Of a stretch of DNA of 64,000 bases, positions 9,154 to 18,505 are shown one piece after another. Under the pieces are notes generated by a model that saw only the letters and a list, made by a program, of their open reading frames with translations, was not told where the DNA came from and made no database searches. Every line of letters begins with the position of its first letter. Within the stretch, counting starts at the first letter, position 1. The stretch is from an uncultured Gammaproteobacteria bacterium (GTDB lineage: Bacteria > Patescibacteriota > Patescibacteriia > S139-126): contig CAZBLW010000001.1 of assembly GCA_964493305.1 (NCBI GenBank), positions 241,484 to 305,483 on the forward strand, in the 5' to 3' direction. The translations under genes and the position numbers were made by a program.

Positions 9154-10191
9154 ATGACTTTGGAACAGTCAATAAAATTATTTTCCCGCCAAATTGGTTT
9201 TGATTTGGTAGGAATTAGCAGATTACAACCGAGCCAATATACTCAACAGGTAAAAAAATGGTTAGCCCATGGTTTTGCTGGTGAAATGGAATGGTATGGT
9301 AAAAATATCGAAAGACGTCTTGACCCCAGGAAAAATTTATTTGGTCAGGCAATAAGCGCTATCACGGTTGGTTTATTGTATCGGCCAGTTGCTATTCCTG
9401 AAGAATTAAGACAAGACCCGTCGCGGGGTTTGATCGCTCGATATGCCTGGTATGATGATTATCATCAAATCATGGAAAAACTCCTGGAGGGTTTGGCAGA
9501 AAAAATTGGGCGGCAAATCAACAATCAGTGGCAGTATCATATTTATGTTGATACTGGACCGGTATTGGAAAGGGAGGTAGGTAGTCGTGGGGGATTGGGA
9601 TATGTTGGTAAAAACACTACTTTGATTAATACTAAATTAGGTTCATATTTTTTCTTGGGAGAAATTATTTGTGATCTACCTTTGTTAGCGGATAAAGAAA
9701 ATACAAAAGTGGGCACTTGCGGTCTTTGTCGACGTTGTCAGAACCAGTGTCCCACTCAGGCTTTTGTTGGACCTTATCAACTCGATGCCCGCCGGTGTAT
9801 TTCCTATTTAACCATTGAACATAAGGGAGAAATTCCTATTACCTTGCGGCCGTTTATAAAAAATTGGATTTACGGTTGTGATGTTTGCCAGGAAGTTTGT
9901 CCTTGGAACAAACAAGCTAAAAATTATGTTAATCAGAAATTAAAAATTCATCAGGATTTAGTAGCCCCACCTTTACTGGAATTGTTAGATATGACTGAAT
10001 CTGATTTTAAGGAAAGGTTTTCGCATTCACCAATTAAACGAATTGGTTGGAAACGGTGGCTAAGAAATATTTTAATAGCCAGTGGTAACTGGGGACACAA
10101 GTGTTTAAAAAATAAATTATCAGTTTATATTAAACATCCAGACAAATTAGTTGCCAGTACTGCCCATTGGGCACGAGCTCAACTTAAATAA
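9154..10191 (+). CDS. queG: tRNA epoxyqueuosine reductase QueG
   Basis: ARYAW..DYH, VDTGPVLER, CGLCRRCQNQCP, CISYLTIE, GCDVCQEVCPWN. Confidence 0.93.
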   Translation: MTLEQSIKLFSRQIGFDLVGISRLQPSQYTQQVKKWLAHGFAGEMEWYGKNIERRLDPRKNLFGQAISAITVGLLYRPVAIPEELRQDPSRGLIARYAWYDDYHQIMEKLLEGLAEKIGRQINNQWQYHIYVDTGPVLEREVGSRGGLGYVGKNTTLINTKLGSYFFLGEIICDLPLLADKENTKVGTCGLCRRCQNQCPTQAFVGPYQLDARRCISYLTIEHKGEIPITLRPFIKNWIYGCDVCQEVCPWNKQAKNYVNQKLKIHQDLVAPPLLELLDMTESDFKERFSHSPIKRIGWKRWLRNILIASGNWGHKCLKNKLSVYIKHPDKLVASTAHWARAQLK

Positions 10192-10198
10192 CTTATTT

Positions 10199-11686
10199 AT
10201 GCGAGGAGAGAGTAATATAAAAGTTATCAAACCTTATTATTTTTTGTATTTGGGATTGAGTGGTTTTTTATTGGGCATTGCTCTTGGTTATTTTTGGACC
10301 TGGTCATTTTTTTATTTTTATCTTTTGTTTCTGACATTGTTTTTAGGTTATTATTTTTTTCGTTGGTCAGGATTTTTATTTTTCTTGGTTGTTATTTCTG
10401 GTTGCTGGTTGGGTATAGCGAGATGGCAACAAATAAAAAATTATTTCCCAGCACTTAGTCAGCAGTTGGCATTTGATCAGAATCTAACGCTGACAGTAAA
10501 AGTGGTTACGGAAACCGATATTAGAGTTGATCGGCAACTGTTGACCGTATCACCCTTTGATCATTCTACTAATAAATATTTTTCACAAAAAATATTAATT
10601 ACCGCACCTTTGTATCCGAGTTATCAGTACGGTGATATTTTGCAGTTGGCTGGCAAACTGAAACAACCGGCAGTATTTAGTGATTTTGATTACGCGGCTT
10701 ATCTGGAAAGGTTTGGTATAGTGGCCGTGGTTTATTATCCAGCCATAAAATATATTGGTCGTGAAGAAAATATATTGAGTAAGTTGTTGTTGGTAAAAAA
10801 CAATTTAATTGATCGGGTTAATAGATTATTACCAGAACCAGAAGCAGCTTTTTTAAATGGTTTATTGTGGGGTGCTAAACGGTCAATTCCCGCTACAGTG
10901 TTAAAACAATTTAATTTAACTGGTACCACTCACATAGTGGCATTGTCAGGATATAATATTACTGTTTTAGGATTGATAGTTTTTTTTATTGCCCCTTGGT
11001 TTGGTATTCATCGGAAATTTGCTTTTTGGTTGGTAGTTATTATGGTGGTTATTTTTATTTTTTTGACCGGGTATTCCGCTTCAGTTGTTAGGGCTGGAAT
11101 AATGGGTATCGCAGTGTTGGTGGCCTATCGTTGGGGTGGAGGTGTTAAGCCAGCCATATTGTTATTAGCTTCGGCGGCTATTATGTGTGCTGTTAATCCT
11201 TATATTCTAATACTTGATGTTGGTTTTCAATTGTCTTTTTTGGCTACTATTGGTTTGATTTATTTAGTACCTTGGTTGGAAAAATTTTTGCATTTTTTAC
11301 CTTATAAATTGGGCATCAAAGAATCGGTTTTAGCCACCACAGCCGCTATGATTATGACTACACCTTTGATTGTTTATCAATTCGGACGTTTATCCTTAGT
11401 CTCATTGTTGGTGAATGTTTTAATTTTATTTGTCATTCCGTTGGTTATGGCTGGTGGTTTTTTAGCAGTTATAATCAGTTATATTATCCAACCGTTAGGA
11501 CAATTAATTGCCTGGCTGACTTATTTGGGTTTACATTATATTATTGTTATAACTGAATTTTTTTCTCGTTGGCGTTTAGTTGCATTGGTTATTGATAAGC
11601 CACATATCGTTTGGATCGGACTGGTGTATTTGTTTATTTTTTTATTTATTTTTTATGAACAAAGAAAAAAGACGTCTCTGGTTTAG
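10199..11686 (+). CDS. comEC: ComEC/Rec2 competence membrane channel (OB and competence domains)
   Basis: HIVALSGYN, SVVRAGIM, GFQLSFLAT; start ATG 10199. Confidence 0.92.
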   Translation: MRGESNIKVIKPYYFLYLGLSGFLLGIALGYFWTWSFFYFYLLFLTLFLGYYFFRWSGFLFFLVVISGCWLGIARWQQIKNYFPALSQQLAFDQNLTLTVKVVTETDIRVDRQLLTVSPFDHSTNKYFSQKILITAPLYPSYQYGDILQLAGKLKQPAVFSDFDYAAYLERFGIVAVVYYPAIKYIGREENILSKLLLVKNNLIDRVNRLLPEPEAAFLNGLLWGAKRSIPATVLKQFNLTGTTHIVALSGYNITVLGLIVFFIAPWFGIHRKFAFWLVVIMVVIFIFLTGYSASVVRAGIMGIAVLVAYRWGGGVKPAILLLASAAIMCAVNPYILILDVGFQLSFLATIGLIYLVPWLEKFLHFLPYKLGIKESVLATTAAMIMTTPLIVYQFGRLSLVSLLVNVLILFVIPLVMAGGFLAVIISYIIQPLGQLIAWLTYLGLHYIIVITEFFSRWRLVALVIDKPHIVWIGLVYLFIFLFIFYEQRKKTSLV

Positions 11687-12545
11687 CATTGTTAGTGCTA
11701 GTTTACTGTTAATGATAATAATTTTTTTGTTAATTAGACTTGGAGATTGGTCTGAGGTTTATTATCAAAAATTTTTTCATCGTTCTCAGGTTGATATATA
11801 TTTTTTAGATGTTGGTCAAGGTGATGCCACACTATTTTATACTGACAATAGGCAAACGGTTTTAGTTGATGGTGGACCTGATTTGTCTGTTCTTTATGGA
11901 TTGGGTCGAGCTTTGCCTTTTTATGAAAAAACTATCGACTTGTTGGTTTTAACCCATCCCGATAGTGATCATGTTAATGGGCTAGTAGAAGTGACCAAAC
12001 GTTACCAGGTAAACAAAGTTTTATATACTGGGGTGACTGATGATTTACCAGCTTATCAATTATGGCAGAAAATATTGAAACAACGGGGGATAGAAGTGGT
12101 TTTTGCCCAAGCTGGACAGCACTTTGATTTTGGCAGTTTAGGTTTAGAAGTCCTTTATCCTCAAAATAATTTGTGGGATCAAGTTTTTAGGGACAATAAT
12201 TCCAGTTCCTTGGTTTTAAAATTCAGTGTTGACCAGGTTGATTTTTTATTAACCGGTGATTTGCCGGCTGAACAGGAATTAGAACTTTTAGAAATTTATT
12301 CAGATTTAGATGTAGAAGTAATTAAAGCCGGTCATCATGGCTCAAAAACATCAACGTCGAGAGAATTTTTAGCAGCCACCACACCTGCTTATGTTATTAT
12401 TTCTACGGCGGCAGATAATACTTATGGCCACCCCCATTTTGTTGTTATTCAAAGAATTATGAATACTCAGGCACAGATTTTACGTACCGATCAGTTGGGT
12501 ACTATTAGAATGGTAACTCAAGGTGAAAATATTGAAATAAAATGA
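11655..12545 (+). CDS. ComEC-type metallo-beta-lactamase-fold nuclease (separate gene)
   Basis: FLDVGQGDA, THPDSDH, LLTGD, GHHGSKTS, YGHPH; start ATG 11655. Confidence 0.9.
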   Translation: MNKEKRRLWFSIVSASLLLMIIIFLLIRLGDWSEVYYQKFFHRSQVDIYFLDVGQGDATLFYTDNRQTVLVDGGPDLSVLYGLGRALPFYEKTIDLLVLTHPDSDHVNGLVEVTKRYQVNKVLYTGVTDDLPAYQLWQKILKQRGIEVVFAQAGQHFDFGSLGLEVLYPQNNLWDQVFRDNNSSSLVLKFSVDQVDFLLTGDLPAEQELELLEIYSDLDVEVIKAGHHGSKTSTSREFLAATTPAYVIISTAADNTYGHPHFVVIQRIMNTQAQILRTDQLGTIRMVTQGENIEIK

Positions 12546-12581
12546 AGGTTTTGTTATACTTAAGCCAAGTAATAATTATTT

Positions 12582-12956
12582 ATGCCCAAAAATAAAAAAG
12601 TTTTAATTGTCGAAGACGAAGAGTCATTAGCTCAAATGTATCAAACTAAATTTGAACACGAAGGGTATGAGGTGGTCGTTGCCACTGATGGATCTGAAGG
12701 AGTAATCAAAGCCAATGATGAAAAGCCCGACATAATTTTACTTGATATTATTTTGCCCAAGAAAGACGGATTTATGGTTTTGAAAGAATTGAAAGCAGGT
12801 AAAACCACCGCTGATATCAAAGTAATTATGTTGACCAACTTAGGTCAAGACGAAGATGTCGTCAAGGGAAAGAAATTGGGAGCGATTGATTATCTAGTAA
12901 AAGCCAATTTGACCCCAGCTCAATTAGTTGATAAAGTAGCAGAATATTTAAAATAA
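12582..12956 (+). CDS. single-domain response regulator receiver
   Basis: VEDE, PDIILLD, conserved T and K. Confidence 0.92.
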   Translation: MPKNKKVLIVEDEESLAQMYQTKFEHEGYEVVVATDGSEGVIKANDEKPDIILLDIILPKKDGFMVLKELKAGKTTADIKVIMLTNLGQDEDVVKGKKLGAIDYLVKANLTPAQLVDKVAEYLK

Positions 12957-12964
12957 TTTTAGTT

Positions 12965-13438
12965 ATGTCAAAATTAGAAAGAACACTTATTATCATCAAA
13001 CCCGATGCCCTACAGCGAAATTTGTTAGGTCGAATTATTACTCGTTTTGAGGAAAAAGGTTTAAAAATAGCTGGAATGAAAATGGGATATTTATCTGATG
13101 AAATATTGAATGAGCATTATTCTCATCACGTTGATAAACCGTTTTTCAATGATTTAAAATCTTTCATGAAATCATCACCAGTAGTTTTTTTGGTTTTAGA
13201 AGGTGTGGAAGTGATTGAAACAGTCCGTTTAGTAGTTGGTTCTACCAAAGGCAGAGTGGCTGACGTTGGTTCCATTAGGGGTGATTTTTCTATGTCAGCT
13301 TCCAATAACATCGTTCATGCTTCTGATAGTTTAGAATCAGCCAGTAAAGAGATTAGTAGATTTTTTAAAACTGACGAGTTGTTTGCTTATCATAAAGACG
13401 ATTGGAATTGGGTTTATGCCAACGATGAACTCAGTTAA
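12965..13438 (+). CDS. ndk: nucleoside diphosphate kinase
   Basis: ERTLIIIKPDA, GSIRGDF, NIVHASDS. Confidence 0.97.
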   Translation: MSKLERTLIIIKPDALQRNLLGRIITRFEEKGLKIAGMKMGYLSDEILNEHYSHHVDKPFFNDLKSFMKSSPVVFLVLEGVEVIETVRLVVGSTKGRVADVGSIRGDFSMSASNNIVHASDSLESASKEISRFFKTDELFAYHKDDWNWVYANDELS

Positions 13439-13464
13439 ATAATCAACCAAAGATATCCACAATT

Positions 13465-13488
13465 AACCGCCAAATAGGCGGTTTTTTG
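13465..13488 (+). terminator. intrinsic terminator after ndk
   Basis: aaccgcc-aaata-ggcggtt followed by a T tract. Confidence 0.8.
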
Positions 13489-13548
13489 CTATTTTTAGGC
13501 ACGTTTTATAATCTTTTTATTATTTATCAAGTTATGCTATACTATATA

Positions 13549-13714
13549 TGCACGGAGAGGGAATCCTAGATACGCCTTTCTACAATAGAGGCTTCAAGGG
13601 ATTCTTATATCGGACAGGTTTGATGAGAATTCTAGAAACTTTTTCAGAAAATCTGATCCTGCGGAAACCCACCTGATTCTCAGGGAAGCGGTACTAGGAT
13701 TATCCTAAAGTGCA
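13549..13714 (+). ncRNA. 6S RNA-like ncRNA
   Basis: 5'/3' closing helices (tgcac/gtgca, aatcctag/ctaggatt), ACCCACCUG motif as in Firmicutes 6S, extended -10 TGcTATACT (13535-13543), downstream terminator. Confidence 0.55.
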
Positions 13715-13728
13715 CCCTACATAGGCTG

Positions 13729-13765
13729 GAGAGGTCGTCCGAGATGGATGGCCTCTTTAGTTTTT
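13729..13765 (+). terminator. intrinsic terminator after the ncRNA
   Basis: agaggtcgtcc-gagat-ggatggcctct then tttagttttt. Confidence 0.75.
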
Positions 13766-13827
13766 ATAAATAGTAATAAATAAAAAATCCTTTTAGTATT
13801 AGTAAAAGGATTGTAAATTGACAAAAA

Positions 13828-14202
13828 TTATTTTTTGAAAGCTTTAACCAATAGATATAAAACCGGTCTGGTTAGTGCCACCGTTAGTAACAGGACAAAA
13901 AACCAAACGCCAATATTGTTGGTATCGTTCAATTCCCATAAGGCCATCAAGAACATAACCACAATAATAACTATATGAGACAGATAACCGGTTAGGTAAG
14001 CATTTTCTTTGTCCTTATCGTCGTGATAGGGGATGTAAGCAATTGTGCTGGCTACTATAGCTACTAGCATCACAATCAATACTAAAATTTGTTTATCTCC
14101 TTGATAAGTGAAAAAAGGAATCAAAGATAAAACTAACAAAAAAGTAAAAATCCAATTAAATGCCTTGATAAGTTTTGAGTTCATATAACTAATAAATAGC
14201 AT
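13828..14202 (-). CDS. hypothetical 4-TM membrane protein
   Basis: 124-aa hydrophobic ORF (start may be ATG 14184); terminator-like hairpin at 13783-13812. Confidence 0.7.
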   Translation of the reverse strand: MLFISYMNSKLIKAFNWIFTFLLVLSLIPFFTYQGDKQILVLIVMLVAIVASTIAYIPYHDDKDKENAYLTGYLSHIVIIVVMFLMALWELNDTNNIGVWFFVLLLTVALTRPVLYLLVKAFKK

Positions 14203-14277
14203 TATTTTATTTGCTTGACAAGTGGTTTGATTGTAAAATTTTATAATTTATAATTTATAACTTATAATTAATTAAGA

Positions 14278-14583
14278 CGGGGTATAGCGCAGGCCTGGCC
14301 CTAACGGGCCATTAGGCCCGGGGCTGGCTAGCACTTAGGAAAATAATTATGTATTACGTTTATATATTGAAAAGTTTAAAGGATAATAATAAATATATTG
14401 GGTCCACTAACAATTTACAGAGAAGAATTAGAGAACATAACGCTGGTAAAGTATTATCTACAAAAAATAGAAGACCATTAATTTTAATATATAAAGAGAA
14501 GTATGATAATGAGTCCGAAGCTAGAGGAAAAGAAAAGTTTTATAAAACTTATAGTGGTTTTAAAGAATTAAGAGATAAATTAT
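14278..14583 (+). mobile_element. tRNA-Pro-linked GIY-YIG mini-element with duplicated tRNA 5' end
   Basis: 14278-14292 identical to tRNA nt 1-15; 31-nt GC hairpin insert; ctggctagc resumes the tRNA D-arm; then the GIY-YIG ORF. Confidence 0.65.
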
Positions 14584-14606
14584 CGGGGTATAGCGCAGTT
14601 GGCTAG
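14349..14606 (+). CDS. small GIY-YIG endonuclease
   Basis: YYVYILKS...YIGSTNNLQRRIREHN, later EA..KE; the stop codon lies inside tRNA-Pro. Confidence 0.9.
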   Translation: MYYVYILKSLKDNNKYIGSTNNLQRRIREHNAGKVLSTKNRRPLILIYKEKYDNESEARGKEKFYKTYSGFKELRDKLSGYSAVG

Positions 14607-14660
14607 CGCGCATGCATGGGGTGCATGAGGTCGCCGGTTCAAGTCCGGCTACCCCGACCA
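14584..14660 (+). tRNA. tRNA-Pro(GGG)
   Basis: Full cloverleaf: CGGGGTA/TACCCCG, anticodon arm CATGC-ATGGGGT-GCATG, TTCAAGT T-loop, CCA. Confidence 0.96.
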
Positions 14661-14701
14661 ATCGCAACTATAATTTGTAGGGAGTCTATAAAATTATAAA
14701 A

Positions 14702-15376
14702 ATGAATTCATTTCATTTAAAACTTCTCGCCTGCTTGTTTATGCTCGTGGATCATATTGGAGCATTGTTTTTTCCCGATTTGGTTTGGTTACGGTTAATT
14801 GGTCGTTTAAGCTTTCCAATTTTTGCTTTCTTATTGGCCGGCGGTTTTATTTATACCAGTAATATCTACAAATACTTAGGACGTTTGTTTATTTTTGCTC
14901 TTATTACCCAACCTTTTTTTTATTTAGCTTTTCCCGGTAATACTCTTAATATTTTTGCCACTTTGTTTTTAGGACTGGTGGCAATTTTGTTTTATGACAA
15001 AATTAAAAATAGATACTTGGCTTGGTTGGCAGTATTGCTGGTAGCTATTGTTGGTGAATTAATCAAAGTTGATTATGGTTTATATGGAGTTTTATTTCCT
15101 TTGTCCTTTTATCTATTTATTAAACAAAAAAGTTTTTCTAGACTGATTATTTTTCAGATAATTTTGAATTTAATTTTTATTTTAAAATTTTATATATTTA
15201 TCCAGCTTAATTTATTTGTTTTTACTTATCAGTTATTCATCCAATTTTTTTCCCTTTTTAGTATTTGGTTGATTAAGTATTACAATGGGCAAAGAGGTAG
15301 AAGATTTAAATATGCTTTTTATTCTTTTTATCCTTTACATATTTTAGTTTTAGTTTTGCTTAAATATTTTTTATAA
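14702..15376 (+). CDS. TraX-family membrane protein (pilin acetylase-like)
   Basis: LKLLA..MLVDH, IGRLSFPIFAF, DYG.YG, YNGQRG, FY.FYPLH. Confidence 0.85.
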   Translation: MNSFHLKLLACLFMLVDHIGALFFPDLVWLRLIGRLSFPIFAFLLAGGFIYTSNIYKYLGRLFIFALITQPFFYLAFPGNTLNIFATLFLGLVAILFYDKIKNRYLAWLAVLLVAIVGELIKVDYGLYGVLFPLSFYLFIKQKSFSRLIIFQIILNLIFILKFYIFIQLNLFVFTYQLFIQFFSLFSIWLIKYYNGQRGRRFKYAFYSFYPLHILVLVLLKYFL

Positions 15377-15380
15377 ATTT

Positions 15381-15998
15381 ATGAAAATATTTTTACGTTT
15401 GTTAATTTTTTTAGCCACCACAATTTTTATTTTATTGCTACCAATTTATTTTTTATTATGGCAAAAAGGTATTATTGTTAAAACCGTCCTAGCCACCCAA
15501 GTTGTTGATGTAATAAGTCAGAATGAGCTAATTACTCTCACTACTGACACTCTAAATTATTTATTAGGTCAGAATGAGTTGCCGACAATTTTTCCCCAAG
15601 CGGAAGCAGACCATATGTCAGATGTGGCTGATTTGATCAAGCAAGGTTTTTATACTCTAGTCATCACTACTCTACTATTGATAGTCATGTTAGTTTTTTT
15701 TCAGGTATTAGGATCGCCAGAAGTATTTTATAAATTATTTAGAGGTGGAGCAGTGTTTGCCATGATAGTATTGTTCATCGTTGCTTTGTTGGTACTGATT
15801 GATTTTACTGTCAATTTTTTGTATTTTCATAATTTATTTTTTCCTCAAGGAAATTTTATATTTCCGGAAAATAGTTTGTTGATCCAAGTTTTTACGGAAA
15901 GGTTTTTTAAAGAAATATCCATATATATTTTTATGGGCGCGGTTTTGTTGGCTGGTATAATTATCACCTTGTCTACTTATAAATTGCGAGAAAAATAA
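15381..15998 (+). CDS. DUF1461 (TIGR01906-like) membrane protein
   Basis: EADHMSDV; FHNLFFPQGN.IF...SLLI..F.E.FF. Confidence 0.75.
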   Translation: MKIFLRLLIFLATTIFILLLPIYFLLWQKGIIVKTVLATQVVDVISQNELITLTTDTLNYLLGQNELPTIFPQAEADHMSDVADLIKQGFYTLVITTLLLIVMLVFFQVLGSPEVFYKLFRGGAVFAMIVLFIVALLVLIDFTVNFLYFHNLFFPQGNFIFPENSLLIQVFTERFFKEISIYIFMGAVLLAGIIITLSTYKLREK

Positions 15999-16021
15999 AA
16001 GCTCCGAATTATTCGGAGCTC
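15997..16021. terminator. terminator between convergent genes
   Basis: agctccgaat-t-attcggagct with upstream A tract. Confidence 0.65.
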
Positions 16022-16040
16022 TAAATGGGATTGATTTTGT

Positions 16041-16511
16041 TTATTTTTTTATTTTTTCCCAAGGTAGATAATTGGGGTCATGACCGTCAATAAACTCAAT
16101 TTTGACTACTTTATAGCCGTTGGGATCAGCTTTGATTTCATCTTCATCTTCATCTAAGATAAGCAAGATCATGCTATCATCATAGTTTGGATTTTTTCCT
16201 AAGTATTCACCTTGGTATTTGGTGAAAGAAAGGTGGCGATAGTTGGCTAAAAGATAATAGCCTTGTTTAATGGCTTTGACGGCTACCCATTGCCAAATGA
16301 TACGAACAATATCTTGTCCGTTGATATTTTCACTCACAATAAAATCTATTACTCCTCGTACAATATTTCTTTTTTTTCTGCCACTACTTAAAGTGGTCAT
16401 AAATTCTATCTCAATTTGTCCGCCGTTGTATTCAGCAAGCATTTCATACATCAGGCCAGTAGTCAGGCCTGAGGTGTCATAGATTTTTTTAAATAGTTCA
16501 ATTTTGCTCAT
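16041..16511 (-). CDS. orphan hypothetical protein
   Basis: 156 aa; own TTGACA-16-TATAAT promoter (16576-16549) and boxA-like TTTCTTTAACAA. Confidence 0.7.
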   Translation of the reverse strand: MSKIELFKKIYDTSGLTTGLMYEMLAEYNGGQIEIEFMTTLSSGRKKRNIVRGVIDFIVSENINGQDIVRIIWQWVAVKAIKQGYYLLANYRHLSFTKYQGEYLGKNPNYDDSMILLILDEDEDEIKADPNGYKVVKIEFIDGHDPNYLPWEKIKK

Positions 16512-16639
16512 GGTAATTTTTCCTATATTGTTAAAGAAATTTCGCTTTATTATAACAGAAAATTCTATTATGTCAAGATTTAGTTTAATTTTTTCTTGTG
16601 ATATACTACTAATAGATATTAATTATTAATAAAATTTTT

Positions 16640-17029
16640 ATGAAAGGATATGTCGGAAATATCGAAACAGAAACAAAAAACAACAGTAATTTTCGCAAAG
16701 TGCTATACACTGCCCAGCACAGTCAATTGGTGGTGATGAGTTTATTACCCGGTGAAGATATCGGTGAGGAAGTACACACCTTAGATCAATTTATTAGAAT
16801 AGAGAGCGGTCAGGGACAAGCTGTATTGGATGGAGTCACTCACGATATTGCTGATGATTTTGCTGTTGTGATTCCCGCTGGCACCAAACACAATATCATC
16901 AATACTGGTGATGGCTCGATGAAACTTTATACTTTATATTCTCCGCCCGAACATCGTCATGATGTAGTTCATATTACTAAAGCTGACGCCCAAGTGGAGG
17001 AACATTTTGATGGTGTAACTACAGAGTAA
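16640..17029 (+). CDS. cupin domain protein
   Basis: FRKVLYT, IGEEVH..DQFIRIE, PAGTKHN, YSPPEH. Confidence 0.9.
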   Translation: MKGYVGNIETETKNNSNFRKVLYTAQHSQLVVMSLLPGEDIGEEVHTLDQFIRIESGQGQAVLDGVTHDIADDFAVVIPAGTKHNIINTGDGSMKLYTLYSPPEHRHDVVHITKADAQVEEHFDGVTTE

Positions 17030-17047
17030 TTGATGTACTTTGTATTT

Positions 17048-17986
17048 ATGTCAAAAAATAAAAAGTTAGTTTGGTTGATAATAATTTTAGGATTGATTGG
17101 GTTTAGTTGGTGGTGGCAACAAAAACAATTGAATAATCTCTGGTCACAATCTGATTGGTCTGCTGGTGGTCGAGTGATGGATTGGCAAAAAACTTCAACT
17201 GATATTTTGCATAGTTTGGTAGCAGAAGCTGATAGTTCAGCTGCTAAGGTCAGTGCACTTGTCCATACTCCTACACCACTGCGTACTGAAACGAAAAATA
17301 AAACCGATCAACTGACAACTGTCGGTGTTATAAGTCAAACTAACCAATTTAGGCAGAGTAATGGACTGCCACTCTTGGTAGAGAATTCATTATTGGCCCA
17401 AGCGGCACAAAAAAAATTAGCTGATATGGTTGCCGGTCAATATTTTGATCATATTTCTCCTCAAGGTATAGGAGCCGGAGATTTGATTACTTCAGTCGGA
17501 TATAAGTTTATCGCTGTTGGTGAGAACTTAGCCGTAGGGGGATATATTGATGATGCTGATTTGGTTCAAGCTTGGATGGATAGTCCTGGTCATCGAGAAA
17601 ATATTTTAAGTACAAATTATACTGAGATTGGCGTGGCCGTTCAGTACGTGGAATTTGAAGGTTCAATGACTTGGTTGGCAGTGCAAGAATTTGGTCGCCC
17701 CACTTCGGATTGTCCGGTAGTTAATCAAAATTTAAAAAATCAAATCACAATTTGGCAGCAATCTTTAAATGAACAAGCTGAACAATTAGATGTTAAACAG
17801 GCAGAACTAACCGCTAGCAAACCCGATGCCAATGCTACGCGCGAGAAAATTCAAATTTACAATCAACAAGTGGCTGAATATAATTTGTTGGTTGCGGCTT
17901 ACAAACAATTGGCTGATAAATTGCGTTTACAAGTACAACTTTACAATCAACAAGTAGAACAATTCAATCTTTGTTTAAAAAAATAA
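17048..17986 (+). CDS. CAP (SCP) domain protein with C-terminal coiled coil
   Basis: YFDHISP, GENLA, AWMDSPGHRENIL, EIGVAV, VQEFG. Confidence 0.9.
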   Translation: MSKNKKLVWLIIILGLIGFSWWWQQKQLNNLWSQSDWSAGGRVMDWQKTSTDILHSLVAEADSSAAKVSALVHTPTPLRTETKNKTDQLTTVGVISQTNQFRQSNGLPLLVENSLLAQAAQKKLADMVAGQYFDHISPQGIGAGDLITSVGYKFIAVGENLAVGGYIDDADLVQAWMDSPGHRENILSTNYTEIGVAVQYVEFEGSMTWLAVQEFGRPTSDCPVVNQNLKNQITIWQQSLNEQAEQLDVKQAELTASKPDANATREKIQIYNQQVAEYNLLVAAYKQLADKLRLQVQLYNQQVEQFNLCLKK

Positions 17987-17996
17987 TTATTTTTAT

Positions 17997-18503
17997 ATGA
18001 AAAAACAATACTGGTTTATTATAATTTTGATTTTAATACTAATAGGTATTAGCGTTTGGCGTTTTTCTACCCCGGAAGATAGTTGGGTTTGTGAAAATGG
18101 TACTTGGGTTAGGCATGGTCAGCCGGCTGATCCGGCTCCCGTAACCGGTTGTGGAGATGAGCCGGTAGCTTTGCCTGAGGATTTACAAATATTTTCCCCC
18201 CAAGCCAATGAAGTAATAACTAGCCCCTTAACTATTACTGGTCAAGCTCGGGGTGGTTGGTATTTTGAAGCAGTCTTTCCCGTGCAAATAACTACAGTTC
18301 ACGGATTGGTTTTAGGCAATACTAGCGCTCGCGCTGAAAGCGATTGGATGACCAATGATTTTGTTCCGTTTTCAGCTACTTTAGATTTTGTATTACCAAC
18401 GGACGTTGATCAAGGAGAAATTATTTTTGAAAAAGCCAACCCCTCCGGTTTACCTGAACACGGCGCTGAATATCGTTTACCCATTAAATTTAAAATTGAT
18501 TAG
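17997..18503 (+). CDS. Gmad2 Ig-like domain surface protein
   Basis: N-terminal TM; WVCENG.W; ITSPLTITGQARG.WYFEA.FP, DWMT..FVPF. Confidence 0.8.
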   Translation: MKKQYWFIIILILILIGISVWRFSTPEDSWVCENGTWVRHGQPADPAPVTGCGDEPVALPEDLQIFSPQANEVITSPLTITGQARGGWYFEAVFPVQITTVHGLVLGNTSARAESDWMTNDFVPFSATLDFVLPTDVDQGEIIFEKANPSGLPEHGAEYRLPIKFKID

Positions 18504-18505
18504 GT

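Noticed and set aside
10199-12545. Split comEC as a frameshifted pseudogene
   Set aside because: The second ORF has its own ATG and TM anchor, and separately encoded MBL domains are a known arrangement
13549-13714. RNase P RNA or SRP RNA
   Set aside because: Lacks GAGGAAAGUCC and the SRP GGAA tetraloop domain; too short for RNase P
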